Origin: Desulfobacterales bacterium
Lineage (GTDB): Bacteria; Desulfobacterota; Desulfobacteria; Desulfobacterales; UBA2174
Direction of reading: 5' to 3'
NCBI GenBank assembly: GCA_963668645.2
Contig: CAXXWC010000021.1
Coordinates: forward strand, 1,056,001 to 1,120,000
DNA: 64,000 nucleotides
Shown: in pieces, positions 1 through 8,926 of the stretch
Layout of the letters: each line of letters opens with the position of its first letter
Numbering within the stretch: the first letter of the stretch is position 1
Translations under genes and position numbers: made by a program
The notes under the pieces: model-generated
What the model saw: the letters and a program-made list of their open reading frames with translations, nothing else
What the model was told of the DNA's origin: nothing
Database searches by the model: none

Positions 1-1715
1 GCAAAACTTTTACGGACGAAACGATAGACGAGGCGGTTCTGGAACGCACCATGGGGGGCAAGGGGCTTGCAGCCCATCTGCTGCTGGAGCGCAATCCACC
101 CGGGGTCGATCCCCTGGCCGCCGAAAACCATATCATCCTGACCTTGGGGGCCGCCACCGACAGCCCGGTCTACGGCTCCTGCCGGCACGGCATTTTTGCC
201 AAGTCCCCCCAGACCGGATGCTTCGGTGAATCCTACAGCGGCGGCAGCCTGGCTATCCCCATGAGCCGCTGCGGCGTGGACGCCGTTGTCATCCATGGCA
301 AGGCCGAGGCCCCGGTCTGGCTGGAGATCAACGACGGGGGCGTAATTTTCCACTCCGCGGCAGACCTTTGGGGCCTGGACACCTTTGACAGCGAAAAGGC
401 CATCGCCGACCGGATCGCTGATCCCCATGCCGGGGTAATGGTCATCGGCCCGGCCGGCGAGAACCTGGTACGTTTTGCCGTAGTCAAGAACGACGGCTGG
501 CGGGTGGCCGGCCGCACCGGCATGGGCGCCCTGTTCGGGTCGAAAAGACTCAAGGGCCTGGCCTTCCATGGCCAGCAGCGGCGCGAGTTTGCAGATCCGG
601 AAGGACTGAAGGCCTTTGCCCGCGGCACGCTCAAGGAGTTCAAGGATCATCCGGCCACGCTCAACTACCGCACCAAGGGCACGCCGATGATGGTCGAGGT
701 GATGAACAAGGCCGGCGCCTTTCCCAACCGCTACTGGTCGCGGGGCTATCTTGACGGGTGGGAGAAGATTTCGGCCACCGCCATCAAGGAGCACTGCCGG
801 CCCCGGCCCCATGCCTGCCGCACCTGCTTCATGGCCTGCGGCAAGCGTATCGAGGTGCAAGCGGGACGCCACGCCGGCCTGACCCTCGAAGGCCCCGAGT
901 ACGAGACCATTTACGCCTTCGGGGGGCTGTGCCTGATCGACTCCATCGAAGAAGTGGTCTACCTCAACGACCTGTGCGACCGTCTGGGGGTCGACACCAT
1001 CACCACCGGCAACCTTGTGGCACTGATGATCGAAGCGGCCAGGCGCGGCAAGACGGGTGATCCCATCGATTACGGCCAGCCCGAGCAGGCGGCCGAACTC
1101 ATTCGCAGGATCGTTTTCCGGCAAGGCACAGGGGACATCCTGGCCGAGGGGATCAAAACGGCCAGCCGGGAACTCGATCTGGACGATATCGCCGTGCACG
1201 TCAAAGGGCTGGAGCCGGCCGGGTACGATCCGCGCAAGCTAAAGGGGATGGGGCTGGCCTATGCGGTCAGCGACCGCGGCGCCTGCCACCTGCGCAGCAC
1301 CTTTTACAAGGCGGAACTTTCCAAGATGATCGATCCGGACCAGCTTGCCGGCAAGGCGGAAATGTTCATCGACTTCGAAAACCGCTGCACGCTTTTCGAC
1401 AGCCTGATCCTTTGCCGGTTTTACAGGGATTTTTACATGTGGGAGGCCCTGGCCGAAATTTATCGCTTGACGACGGGGCTTGCAATGAAGCAGACCGAAC
1501 TTTCGGCGCTGGCGCAACGCATCAGCGCAGACGCCCGTCGTTTCAACCTTCGCGAGGGGCTTACGAGCGCCGACGACCGCCTGCCGCGCCGCCTGGTGGC
1601 CGAATCGATTGAAGACGGCACCCAGCTCAGCGCCGGTGAGGTCCAGCAACTGGTATCGCAATACTTTCAGATCAAGGGGTGGGGGGCCGAGGGGATCCCC
1701 CCGATCGAGCCATGA
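1..1715 (+). CDS. aor: Aldehyde:ferredoxin oxidoreductase family (tungstopterin/4Fe-4S), 5' end lies upstream of the window
   Basis: AOR motifs KSPQTG..ESYSGG, IGPAGENLV, GRTGMGA..GSK.LK, CxxCxxxC (CRTCFMAC), EGPEYET, DRGACH. The frame is open from base 3 to the ATG at 51, so the true start is outside the window. Confidence 0.9.
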   Translation, partial: KTFTDETIDEAVLERTMGGKGLAAHLLLERNPPGVDPLAAENHIILTLGAATDSPVYGSCRHGIFAKSPQTGCFGESYSGGSLAIPMSRCGVDAVVIHGKAEAPVWLEINDGGVIFHSAADLWGLDTFDSEKAIADRIADPHAGVMVIGPAGENLVRFAVVKNDGWRVAGRTGMGALFGSKRLKGLAFHGQQRREFADPEGLKAFARGTLKEFKDHPATLNYRTKGTPMMVEVMNKAGAFPNRYWSRGYLDGWEKISATAIKEHCRPRPHACRTCFMACGKRIEVQAGRHAGLTLEGPEYETIYAFGGLCLIDSIEEVVYLNDLCDRLGVDTITTGNLVALMIEAARRGKTGDPIDYGQPEQAAELIRRIVFRQGTGDILAEGIKTASRELDLDDIAVHVKGLEPAGYDPRKLKGMGLAYAVSDRGACHLRSTFYKAELSKMIDPDQLAGKAEMFIDFENRCTLFDSLILCRFYRDFYMWEALAEIYRLTTGLAMKQTELSALAQRISADARRFNLREGLTSADDRLPRRLVAESIEDGTQLSAGEVQQLVSQYFQIKGWGAEGIPPIEP

Positions 1716-1797
1716 ATGGACACCGATCCTGTCTGACGCCTCGCACCGCGGGCGGCAGGGGCTGCCTTGAAGTCCGCTTTCACCCCCCGGTGCGACG

Positions 1798-2805
1798 ATG
1801 AACTGCCTGGAAACATACCAGATCGCTTCCGATCGATTCGATCCATGGTGGAACCTGGCCCTGGAAGAACATCTGCTGGACAAGGTCCAGCCGGGGCAGG
1901 TCGTTTTCTACCTTTGGCAGAATGCACATACCGTGGTCATCGGCCGCAACCAGAATCCGTGGAGCGAATGCCGCATCAAGCTGCTCGAAGAGGAAGGCGG
2001 AAAACTGGCCCGGAGGCTTTCGGGCGGCGGGGCCGTATACCATGACCGGGGGAATCTGAATTTTACCTTCATCATGGACCGGGCCCTCTACAGCCCCGAT
2101 CGCCAGTTTGCCATGATGACCGATGCCGTCCGGAAACTGGGCATCCCGGCTTTCCGCAGCGGGCGCAATGACATCCTGGTGGAAGGCGGGCGCAAGTTTT
2201 CGGGCAACGCCTTCTATCTGCGCCCCAAAACGGCGCTGCACCACGGCACGATTCTGGTCGACACGGATCTCAACCAGGTTCAACGCTACCTGAGCGTGAG
2301 CAATCGCAAGCTGGCTTCAAAAGGCGTGGCCTCGGTCAAATCCCGCGTCGTCAACCTCCGCCAGCTGGAGCCCTCCCTGACCGTGGACGAAATGAAAGCG
2401 GCCCTGCTGGAAGCCTTCGACCGTGAATACGCCCAGACCGCCCGGCCCCTGGTCGAAACCATGGCCGCCGACCTGGAGCAGATTGAGGGCATCCGGCAAA
2501 GATACGCCTCGGAAAAGTGGCGCTTCGGGGATACGCCAGAGTTCAATTTCAGTTGCGGCCGGCGTTTTGATTGGGGGGAAATCGAATTTTGCTTCAATGT
2601 GCAAAAGGCCCGAATCCATTCGGCCACAGTCTATTCCGACTCCCTCGAACCGGACCTGATCGCGGCCCTCGGCCCCTGTATCGAAGATGCGGCCTTCGAT
2701 GAAGCGGCGGTCATCGACCGGCTTGAGGCCCTGGCGGCCCAAAAGCCGCACCCGATCCTCGATGACCTCGTCGGCTTTTTCCGTACCCATCCTTTCTCGA
2801 GCTGA
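1798..2805 (+). CDS. lplA: Lipoate-protein ligase A
   Basis: NLALEE, WQN..TVVIGRNQNPW.EC, RRLSGGGAVYHD.GNLNF, GRNDI, KFSGNA, HHGTIL, SKGV.SV.SRV motifs. Confidence 0.93.
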   Translation: MNCLETYQIASDRFDPWWNLALEEHLLDKVQPGQVVFYLWQNAHTVVIGRNQNPWSECRIKLLEEEGGKLARRLSGGGAVYHDRGNLNFTFIMDRALYSPDRQFAMMTDAVRKLGIPAFRSGRNDILVEGGRKFSGNAFYLRPKTALHHGTILVDTDLNQVQRYLSVSNRKLASKGVASVKSRVVNLRQLEPSLTVDEMKAALLEAFDREYAQTARPLVETMAADLEQIEGIRQRYASEKWRFGDTPEFNFSCGRRFDWGEIEFCFNVQKARIHSATVYSDSLEPDLIAALGPCIEDAAFDEAAVIDRLEALAAQKPHPILDDLVGFFRTHPFSS

Positions 2806-2834
2806 AAGCCCGGCGTAGTCCACGCCGGGCTTTT
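2805..2834 (+). terminator. Intrinsic (probably bidirectional) terminator after lplA
   Basis: AAAGCCCGGCGT-agtcc-ACGCCGGGCTTT-T hairpin starting at the stop codon. Confidence 0.75.
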
Positions 2835-2847
2835 CCAGCCGGCCCGC

Positions 2848-3642
2848 ATGCAAGGCAGGAGGCAGTTGAACCAACCAGCGCGATCATCTGAGCAGTGCGA
2901 GCAGCGCCCGCGCTTCAAGACGCTTTGCCAGGCACCGGCCGGCATACCGCATTACCTTACGATGGCAACCCTGCCGTGGCTCGATGCAGCGCTGGCGGCC
3001 ATCGGCCTCAACGCAGGCACCCGTGTCACCAAGGTCTGCGACGACCTTCCGGTCCGCAGCGCCCTGGTCGAAACCGGCACCGGCCGGTACGTCGTCAGCC
3101 GGCAGACGGCTGAGGCCGTGGTTCTGGAGCAAAACGGCAGCGACATCTCGCTTTGCCTGCTTGGGCCCGGTCAAAGCGGGCGGGTTGCCGCCACTCTTTC
3201 CCCCGGCAACCGGCCAACTATAGGGAAAGACCAAATCTTTCACCCCGGCGCCCAGGTGAAAAAAATCCGCGATCTGCCCCCAGAAGTCCGCTATACGATT
3301 CGAGCCCCCAACCTGGCCGCATGGACCGTCTCGCTGAACACGGCCACCCATGTTTGGGGGGAATCGGACCGGCGCAACCTCCAGCTGGCCGCCGCCCTGG
3401 TGGGAAAACCATTTGTTCTCAGGCGTTTTTCCGCCCCCGAGGCGAAAACCCGTTTTTCCGCGGCAGGCATCCACCCCGGCATGCAATTATTTCTGGCACA
3501 CCTGACCCCGTCAGATGTGCCGCATGACGCTATCTGCGTTAAGGGACCGGAGCAGCAAATCCTGCTGCCCCGCCGTCTCGCCGGCCATGTCTACCTTCGC
3601 TTGTGCGACGTCTGCTGGTCCTGCGGCGCTTGCATGGCTTGA
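2848..3642 (+). CDS. Protein with three FeoA(SH3)-like repeats and a C-terminal CxxCxxCxxC motif; start uncertain
   Basis: Three ~75-aa units, each with a G(L/I)x(A/P)G-type turn (IGLNAG, IFHPG, GIHPG) and a terminal A..V.L/W strand; ends CDVCWSCGAC. Confidence 0.6.
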   Translation: MQGRRQLNQPARSSEQCEQRPRFKTLCQAPAGIPHYLTMATLPWLDAALAAIGLNAGTRVTKVCDDLPVRSALVETGTGRYVVSRQTAEAVVLEQNGSDISLCLLGPGQSGRVAATLSPGNRPTIGKDQIFHPGAQVKKIRDLPPEVRYTIRAPNLAAWTVSLNTATHVWGESDRRNLQLAAALVGKPFVLRRFSAPEAKTRFSAAGIHPGMQLFLAHLTPSDVPHDAICVKGPEQQILLPRRLAGHVYLRLCDVCWSCGACMA

Positions 3643-3645
3643 ATT

Positions 3646-4788
3646 CTACCGGTTCACCGAAGTGAGTCGGCGGTAGATACTCATCAGATCCGCCTCACTC
3701 AACCGCCCGCCCTGCCGGCGGGCCGCCTGCTGGATCGCCGGGCGCAGTGATGCGGCGGTGGCGGCGTCGACGTCAACGCCCATCCGGCCCAGGACATGCC
3801 GGATCCCGGCCGCGCCGCTGTGGCTGCCGGCCTCCAGGCGCGAGGCCGCATGGCCCACCTGCTGGGGCGCAAAGGGTTCGAAGGTGGCCGGGTCCTTGAG
3901 TATCCCGTCGCAGTGGATCCCCGACTCGTGTACGAAGATCGCCTCGCCCACCACCGGCTTGAACGGCGGCAGCGGCCGCCGGCAGAATCCGGCTACCGTT
4001 CGGCACAGGCCCGTGAGCCTTTCCAGGCGGATGCGGCTGGCGTTGACCCCGCAGCGCCACAGGGCTGCGGCCACCTCCTCCAGGGCCGCGTTGCCGGCCC
4101 GCTCGCCCAGCCCGTTGACCGTCACGCTCAGGGCATCGGCCCCGGCCGCGGCGGCTGTCACCGCATTGGCCGTGGCCATGCCAAGATCGTTGTGGCCATG
4201 AAATTCGATGTCCATGGCGCCGGCCGCCGGCCGCAGTTCGGTCACCAGGGCTGCCACCTGGAGCGGATGGGCCACCCCGACCGTGTCGGCCAGGCGCAGC
4301 CGCCCGGCCCCGGCTGCGGCCGCGGCCGCGGCCACTTCAGCCAGAAAGCGGGCATCGGTGCGCATGGCGTCCTGGGCCCCCACCGAGACCCGCTCAAACT
4401 CTCCGGCAGCCGGTTTGACCAGGTCGTGGATCTGCGCCATCACCCAGGAGCGGTCGCGGCCCAATGCAACCAGTTGAATGTCCGAAACCGGGATGGCGCA
4501 ATGGATTCCGGCAAGGCCGCAGCGCTCGGCCTGGCGCAGATCTTCGGGATGGGCCCGGCACCAGCCGGTCACGCGGCAGCCAAGCCCCAGATTGATCAAG
4601 GCGGCCAGATCCCCGCGTTCGGCCGGCCCCATCACCGGTGTGCCGGCCTCGATCTCATCCACGCCGGCGGCGTCGAGCAGACGGGCGAGCACGACCTTCT
4701 GCCGGCAAGAAAAAGCGATTCCCGGGCTCTGTGCCCCGTCGCGCAATGTGGTGTCGATGATCTGAACCGGTCGGGTGCCGGAGGCCAT
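3646..4788 (-). CDS. nifV: Homocitrate synthase
   Basis: IIDTTLRDG.Q.PG, EIEAGTP, RLADTVG, FHGHNDLGMATAN, GLGERAGNA, HESGIH. The ATG at 4788 overlaps the GNAT stop (TGATG), so the ORF-track 5' extension is not used. Confidence 0.92.
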   Translation of the reverse strand: MASGTRPVQIIDTTLRDGAQSPGIAFSCRQKVVLARLLDAAGVDEIEAGTPVMGPAERGDLAALINLGLGCRVTGWCRAHPEDLRQAERCGLAGIHCAIPVSDIQLVALGRDRSWVMAQIHDLVKPAAGEFERVSVGAQDAMRTDARFLAEVAAAAAAAGAGRLRLADTVGVAHPLQVAALVTELRPAAGAMDIEFHGHNDLGMATANAVTAAAAGADALSVTVNGLGERAGNAALEEVAAALWRCGVNASRIRLERLTGLCRTVAGFCRRPLPPFKPVVGEAIFVHESGIHCDGILKDPATFEPFAPQQVGHAASRLEAGSHSGAAGIRHVLGRMGVDVDAATAASLRPAIQQAARRQGGRLSEADLMSIYRRLTSVNR

Positions 4789-5258
4789 CAGAACTCGCTC
4801 TCTTTTCTGAGGCAGATCAAGCGGGTTTGCCGCCATCCCTGCCGGCGGTAAAATGACAGGGCTGGTTGGTTGTCCCGGTCGGCCAGAAGCTGCAAGCGGG
4901 TCGCCCCGGCCTTGGCGGCCCAGGCGGCGGCCTCGGCCATCAGCCGGGACCCGATCCCCTGCCCGCTCCATGCGTCGTCCACCACCACGTCCTCGACCCA
5001 GGCCGAAGGTGCCCCCTCGGCCGTGGAGATCACGAGCTGCACCGTTGCCATCCCGATCACACGCCCATCGCCGACCGCCACCAGGGCTGTGCGGTGCTTG
5101 CCGCAGCCGTCGAGGAGCCGTTGCAGTCCCTGCCGCTGGCGTTCCGGGTCACCCTCGAAATCCGCCTCTATCCTGAACAATTCCTGCAGCAGGACGCTCA
5201 TGGCCTCGATGTCGGCGTGCTCGGCACGCCGGATCTTCACCTCCCGCGAGGGTCCCAT
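4788..5258 (-). CDS. GNAT family N-acetyltransferase within the nif operon
   Basis: Acetyl-CoA loop VEDVVVD..W.GQGIGS.L and N.PA..FY...G motif; RBS GGAAGAGG before ATG 5258. Confidence 0.85.
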   Translation of the reverse strand: MGPSREVKIRRAEHADIEAMSVLLQELFRIEADFEGDPERQRQGLQRLLDGCGKHRTALVAVGDGRVIGMATVQLVISTAEGAPSAWVEDVVVDDAWSGQGIGSRLMAEAAAWAAKAGATRLQLLADRDNQPALSFYRRQGWRQTRLICLRKESEF

Positions 5259-5707
5259 GCCTCTTCCTTGTCCGGTGCCGGGCGCCTCTCTGACGTCTCG
5301 GCCCCATTGATAAGGGGAACATGGATCTTGACAAACGCCTCCACGCGCGAGCCGGTTTCCAGAATCCTGGCAACCGCCGTCCGGTCCGGTTCCGCGCGAA
5401 GCGACGCCGTCAAAGGGCACATGTCGTCGATCCCTTCAATCTCCTTGATACACCGGGCCAGGTCCTGGCCCACGGGGCAGATCGGTTCCAGGCCCTGAAC
5501 CAGACCGGAAAGGGTATGATCCGCGGGCATCTGTTTGTGGTACTGGAAAAGCCCCACCATGAGCTTTTCAAGGGCCATGGCAGCAAGCTGGAAGACCAGC
5601 TCGTTGTTGAATACTTCGGGGCGATGGCGACCGTTTCTGGCCGTCTTGAGGTACTTGCATCCGGCCAGAACATGGTCTTCCCATCCAGAGATCGAGGCGG
5701 TTTCCAT
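5237..5707 (-). CDS. HEPN-like hypothetical protein within the nif operon
   Basis: Helical protein with F..A.MALEK.M...P.DHTL..L, resembling the HEPN QA.EK / TH.L signature; AGGAG RBS; overlaps the GNAT start. Confidence 0.6.
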   Translation of the reverse strand: METASISGWEDHVLAGCKYLKTARNGRHRPEVFNNELVFQLAAMALEKLMVGLFQYHKQMPADHTLSGLVQGLEPICPVGQDLARCIKEIEGIDDMCPLTASLRAEPDRTAVARILETGSRVEAFVKIHVPLINGAETSERRPAPDKEEAWDPRGR

Positions 5708-5760
5708 GGCGATCTTTCTCCTGAGGCGTTGATTAGCGGGTGAAAATCCCTGCCTCCCTG

Positions 5761-6066
5761 TCAGCCGATGAGGTAGTCCTCGGCCGCTTGGCCATCCTCC
5801 AGGGCATCGAGGATTGTGTCGATCGCTTCCTCGCCGTCCACATTACCATACCAGTAGCCCTGGGGATAAACCACCATCACGGGCCCGTGGTCGCAGGCTT
5901 TCAGGCACCCGGTGCTCGTCACCTGGGCATCCAGGCCGCGGTCGAGGATCTCGTTTTCGATATAGGCCAGATATTCGGTGGATCCTTTCTTATGGCAGGC
6001 TCCTTTGGCCTCCCCTTCGGCACGAAAGCTGGCACAGACGCAGATCAGGTGGGCCGGTTTTTCCAT
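5761..6066 (-). CDS. Thioredoxin-like [2Fe-2S] ferredoxin (nif-associated)
   Basis: Cx12C...CxxxC..GP....YP...WY pattern (ICVC..GAC..TGCLKACDHGPVMVVYPQGYWY); RBS GAGGAG. Confidence 0.88.
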   Translation of the reverse strand: MEKPAHLICVCASFRAEGEAKGACHKKGSTEYLAYIENEILDRGLDAQVTSTGCLKACDHGPVMVVYPQGYWYGNVDGEEAIDTILDALEDGQAAEDYLIG

Positions 6067-6146
6067 TTCTCTTCTCCTCTTGAGTTGACAGGTCATAGCC
6101 TTCTTTGCCGTTGCACGCTCTTACGGCCTGCGGCGGGCGATCGTTT

Positions 6147-7421
6147 TCAGCCGCAGCCCATTCCGCTGCCGCCACACCCCGCACCGCAGGCCCGCGGCGG
6201 GCGCACTGCCATGTGGCGCAGGTCCTCACCGGCGAACACGGCCCGTACCGCCTCTTCGATAACCCCCTCGCAGACGATCACATCGATCCCGCGGGCATTG
6301 AGGGCCGAACGCGGCGCCTCGCCCGCCCCGTTGACCAGAATGACCCGGCAGTCGCACAAGGTGGCGGCCAATTCGGCCCAGCGGCGCCGCCCGCCGCCGG
6401 GGGCCGGTGTCTCGCGGCTTTCGATGAGCCCCAGACGGCCCTGCTTCTCGCCGTAGATCAACAATCGGTCCGCCTCGCCCAGGTGCTGGTTCACCAGTGC
6501 CCCTTCGAGGCTCGCCACCGCCAGATAGGGGCGCGAGGAGACGGCCGCGCCGCCGGTCTCCAGTACCTCGAGGTGCTGGCAGTTCTGCAAGGTGGTCATC
6601 AGCCCTTTTGCCGGGGCCTCGCCCAGCAGCCCCACCGCGTCGGCCCGGCAGCGGGTGCAATGGCGCATCTGGGGAACGAAGGCCTCGGCCGCCTCCCGGA
6701 TGGTAGCCACCTTGGCGGCCGACGGTTCCTCCAGGTGTTCGAGGGCGCTGCCCGGGCTCGGGTAGTAGGGCATGGCGTTGAACAGGTCGACCTTCAACTC
6801 GCCCATCCTGCGGGCCACCTCCGGGATATGCAGATCATTGACCCAGGGGATGATGATGCTGTTGATCTTGACCGTGATGCCCCGGGCCTTGAGCGCGGCG
6901 ATGGCATCGAGCTGGCGCTCCAGCAGCACCCTGGCGCCGGCCTCGGCCCGCAGCACCCGCTTGCCCACCCGCATCCAGGCGTAGATCCCGGCGCAGACCC
7001 CCGGGTCCACCGCGTTGACCGTAACGGTGACGTGGCTCACGTTCAGCTCGGCCAGTTCGTCCACGTAAGGCGCCAGATTCAAGCCGTTGGTGGCCAGGCA
7101 GAGGATCATCTCCGGATAACGCGCACGCACCCGGCGGCAGGTTTCCAGCGTCTCGGCGGCGTTGGCGAACGGATCACCTGGGCCGGCGATGCCCACGACC
7201 CGGATGTTGTCCAGCCGGGTGGTCACCGTTTCGAGGTAGACCATGGCCTGGGCCGGTGTCAGCACGGCGCTGGTCACCCCGGGACGGCTCTCGTTGACGC
7301 AGTCGAAGCGCCGGTTGCAGAACTTGCACTGGATGTTGCAGCGGGGCGCCACGGGAAGATGCACCCGGCCGAAGCGGTGGCGCGATTGCGCATTGAAACA
7401 AGGATGGTCCTGGAGGTTCAT
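6147..7421 (-). CDS. nifB: FeMo-cofactor biosynthesis radical SAM protein NifB with C-terminal NifX-like domain
   Basis: HPCF, HLPVAPRCNIQCKFCNR..DC.NESRPG, AGPGDP, QMRHCTRCRADA; NifX-like VAS..G..VNQHLGEA. Confidence 0.96.
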   Translation of the reverse strand: MNLQDHPCFNAQSRHRFGRVHLPVAPRCNIQCKFCNRRFDCVNESRPGVTSAVLTPAQAMVYLETVTTRLDNIRVVGIAGPGDPFANAAETLETCRRVRARYPEMILCLATNGLNLAPYVDELAELNVSHVTVTVNAVDPGVCAGIYAWMRVGKRVLRAEAGARVLLERQLDAIAALKARGITVKINSIIIPWVNDLHIPEVARRMGELKVDLFNAMPYYPSPGSALEHLEEPSAAKVATIREAAEAFVPQMRHCTRCRADAVGLLGEAPAKGLMTTLQNCQHLEVLETGGAAVSSRPYLAVASLEGALVNQHLGEADRLLIYGEKQGRLGLIESRETPAPGGGRRRWAELAATLCDCRVILVNGAGEAPRSALNARGIDVIVCEGVIEEAVRAVFAGEDLRHMAVRPPRACGAGCGGSGMGCG

Positions 7422-7482
7422 GACTCTTCGCTTTCACCTGTTGAAGGATGGAATTGATCTTTGCCGGTGCGCCGCTGCCGGG

Positions 7483-8880
7483 TCACATATAGGTGTACCC
7501 CACCGCCGATGCGCCCTGGCGCCGCTCGATGAGGGTGTTGGCGATCCGGTCGAACAGGGCCTGGGCTCCTTCATACCCGAGATGAAGCAGGCGCGGCCCG
7601 CCGATCCGGTCATGGATCGGAAAACCGACCCGCACCAGGGGCAGATCGAGCTTGCGCGCCAGGCTGTATCCCTTTGAATGACCGATGACCAGATCCGCAC
7701 CGGCGCTGCGCACCGCGTCTTCCATGTCGACGAAATCGGCCCCTTCCATGACGCGCACCGGATGGCGGTAATTTTCGCCGAGGGTGGCGTGCACCACCGC
7801 CTCCAGGTGGCCGCCCCGCTCCCCGGTGGCGCAGACCACCGGCACGATCCCGATCTCGGACAGGAAATCGACTAGACCGGCCACCAGATCGGCCTCGCCG
7901 TAGACCAGGGCCCGCACCGTATTGACCAGTTTGTGGCCGTCCACCATGGCGTCGAGCAGCCGCCCCCGGGCCTGGCGGTGATGCTCCGGCACCTTCCGGC
8001 CGCTAACCGCCGCCAGGGTCTCCATCAAGCGGTCGCTACGGCGCACGCCGATGGGCAGGCCGAGCCGGTGGGCCGGCACCTGGCAGCAGGACTCGAGGTG
8101 GGTGGCGGCTGTTTCGGGGGCCCGGGCGAGCACGGCGCCAAGCTCGATGCTGGCCCCGGCCCGGCCGGCCGCGGTGATGGCCGTCACCGGGGTGCCGCCG
8201 GCGGGAATCGGCTGGTAGTCGGTCCACAGGCCGCCGTCCAGCGAAGCGGAGTAGTCGGGCAGTATCATCGCATCGAGCCCGAAATCGGCCACGATCTGCT
8301 TCAGGTGCCGCAGGTCGGCCGCAGAGACCATCCCGGGAAAGAGGTTGATCGTCCCGGTCCGGCCCCCCCCGGTGGCCTCGGAACCCGCCAGGCCGGCCAC
8401 CACGGCCAGCACCGCGCGGTGAAAGCCCTGCATGTGGGTGCCCTGATAGCTCGGTGTCGAAGCCTGGACGATGGGCGGCAGGTCCACCGATGAACGGGCC
8501 CGGCGGTACTCGTTGATGAACATGGCCACATCGTCGCCGATGGTCTCGGCCAGGCAGGTGGTGGCCACCCCGATCAGGGCCGGCGCGTACTGGGTGATGA
8601 TGTTGTCCAGGGCCAGTTTGAGATTGGCCCCGCCGCCGAAGATGGCGGTCTGCTCGCCGAAGTTGGAGCAGGCGATGTCGATCGGCTCTTTGAAGTGGCT
8701 GATCAGGTATCGCCGGATATAGGTCGAACAGCCCTGGGAGCCGTGCAGCAACGGCACGGCGCCGGCGATCCCCTTGTAGACCAGGGCCGCGCCCAGCGGC
8801 GCGCAGAGCTTGCAGGCATTCTGGGTGGCCGCCGCCACGGGCCGGGTTTGCATCTCTTTGAGGATATAAGCGCTTTGCAT
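7483..8880 (-). CDS. nifN: FeMo-cofactor scaffold beta subunit
   Basis: NACKLCAPLGA, LHGSQGCSTY.RR, TTCLAETIGDD, GFPIHDR; lies between nifE and nifB. Confidence 0.92.
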   Translation of the reverse strand: MQSAYILKEMQTRPVAAATQNACKLCAPLGAALVYKGIAGAVPLLHGSQGCSTYIRRYLISHFKEPIDIACSNFGEQTAIFGGGANLKLALDNIITQYAPALIGVATTCLAETIGDDVAMFINEYRRARSSVDLPPIVQASTPSYQGTHMQGFHRAVLAVVAGLAGSEATGGGRTGTINLFPGMVSAADLRHLKQIVADFGLDAMILPDYSASLDGGLWTDYQPIPAGGTPVTAITAAGRAGASIELGAVLARAPETAATHLESCCQVPAHRLGLPIGVRRSDRLMETLAAVSGRKVPEHHRQARGRLLDAMVDGHKLVNTVRALVYGEADLVAGLVDFLSEIGIVPVVCATGERGGHLEAVVHATLGENYRHPVRVMEGADFVDMEDAVRSAGADLVIGHSKGYSLARKLDLPLVRVGFPIHDRIGGPRLLHLGYEGAQALFDRIANTLIERRQGASAVGYTYM

Positions 8881-8926
8881 CGCGATCGGTCCTTTTGCCG
8901 TGGAGTGAAATCGGACAATGGCATTG

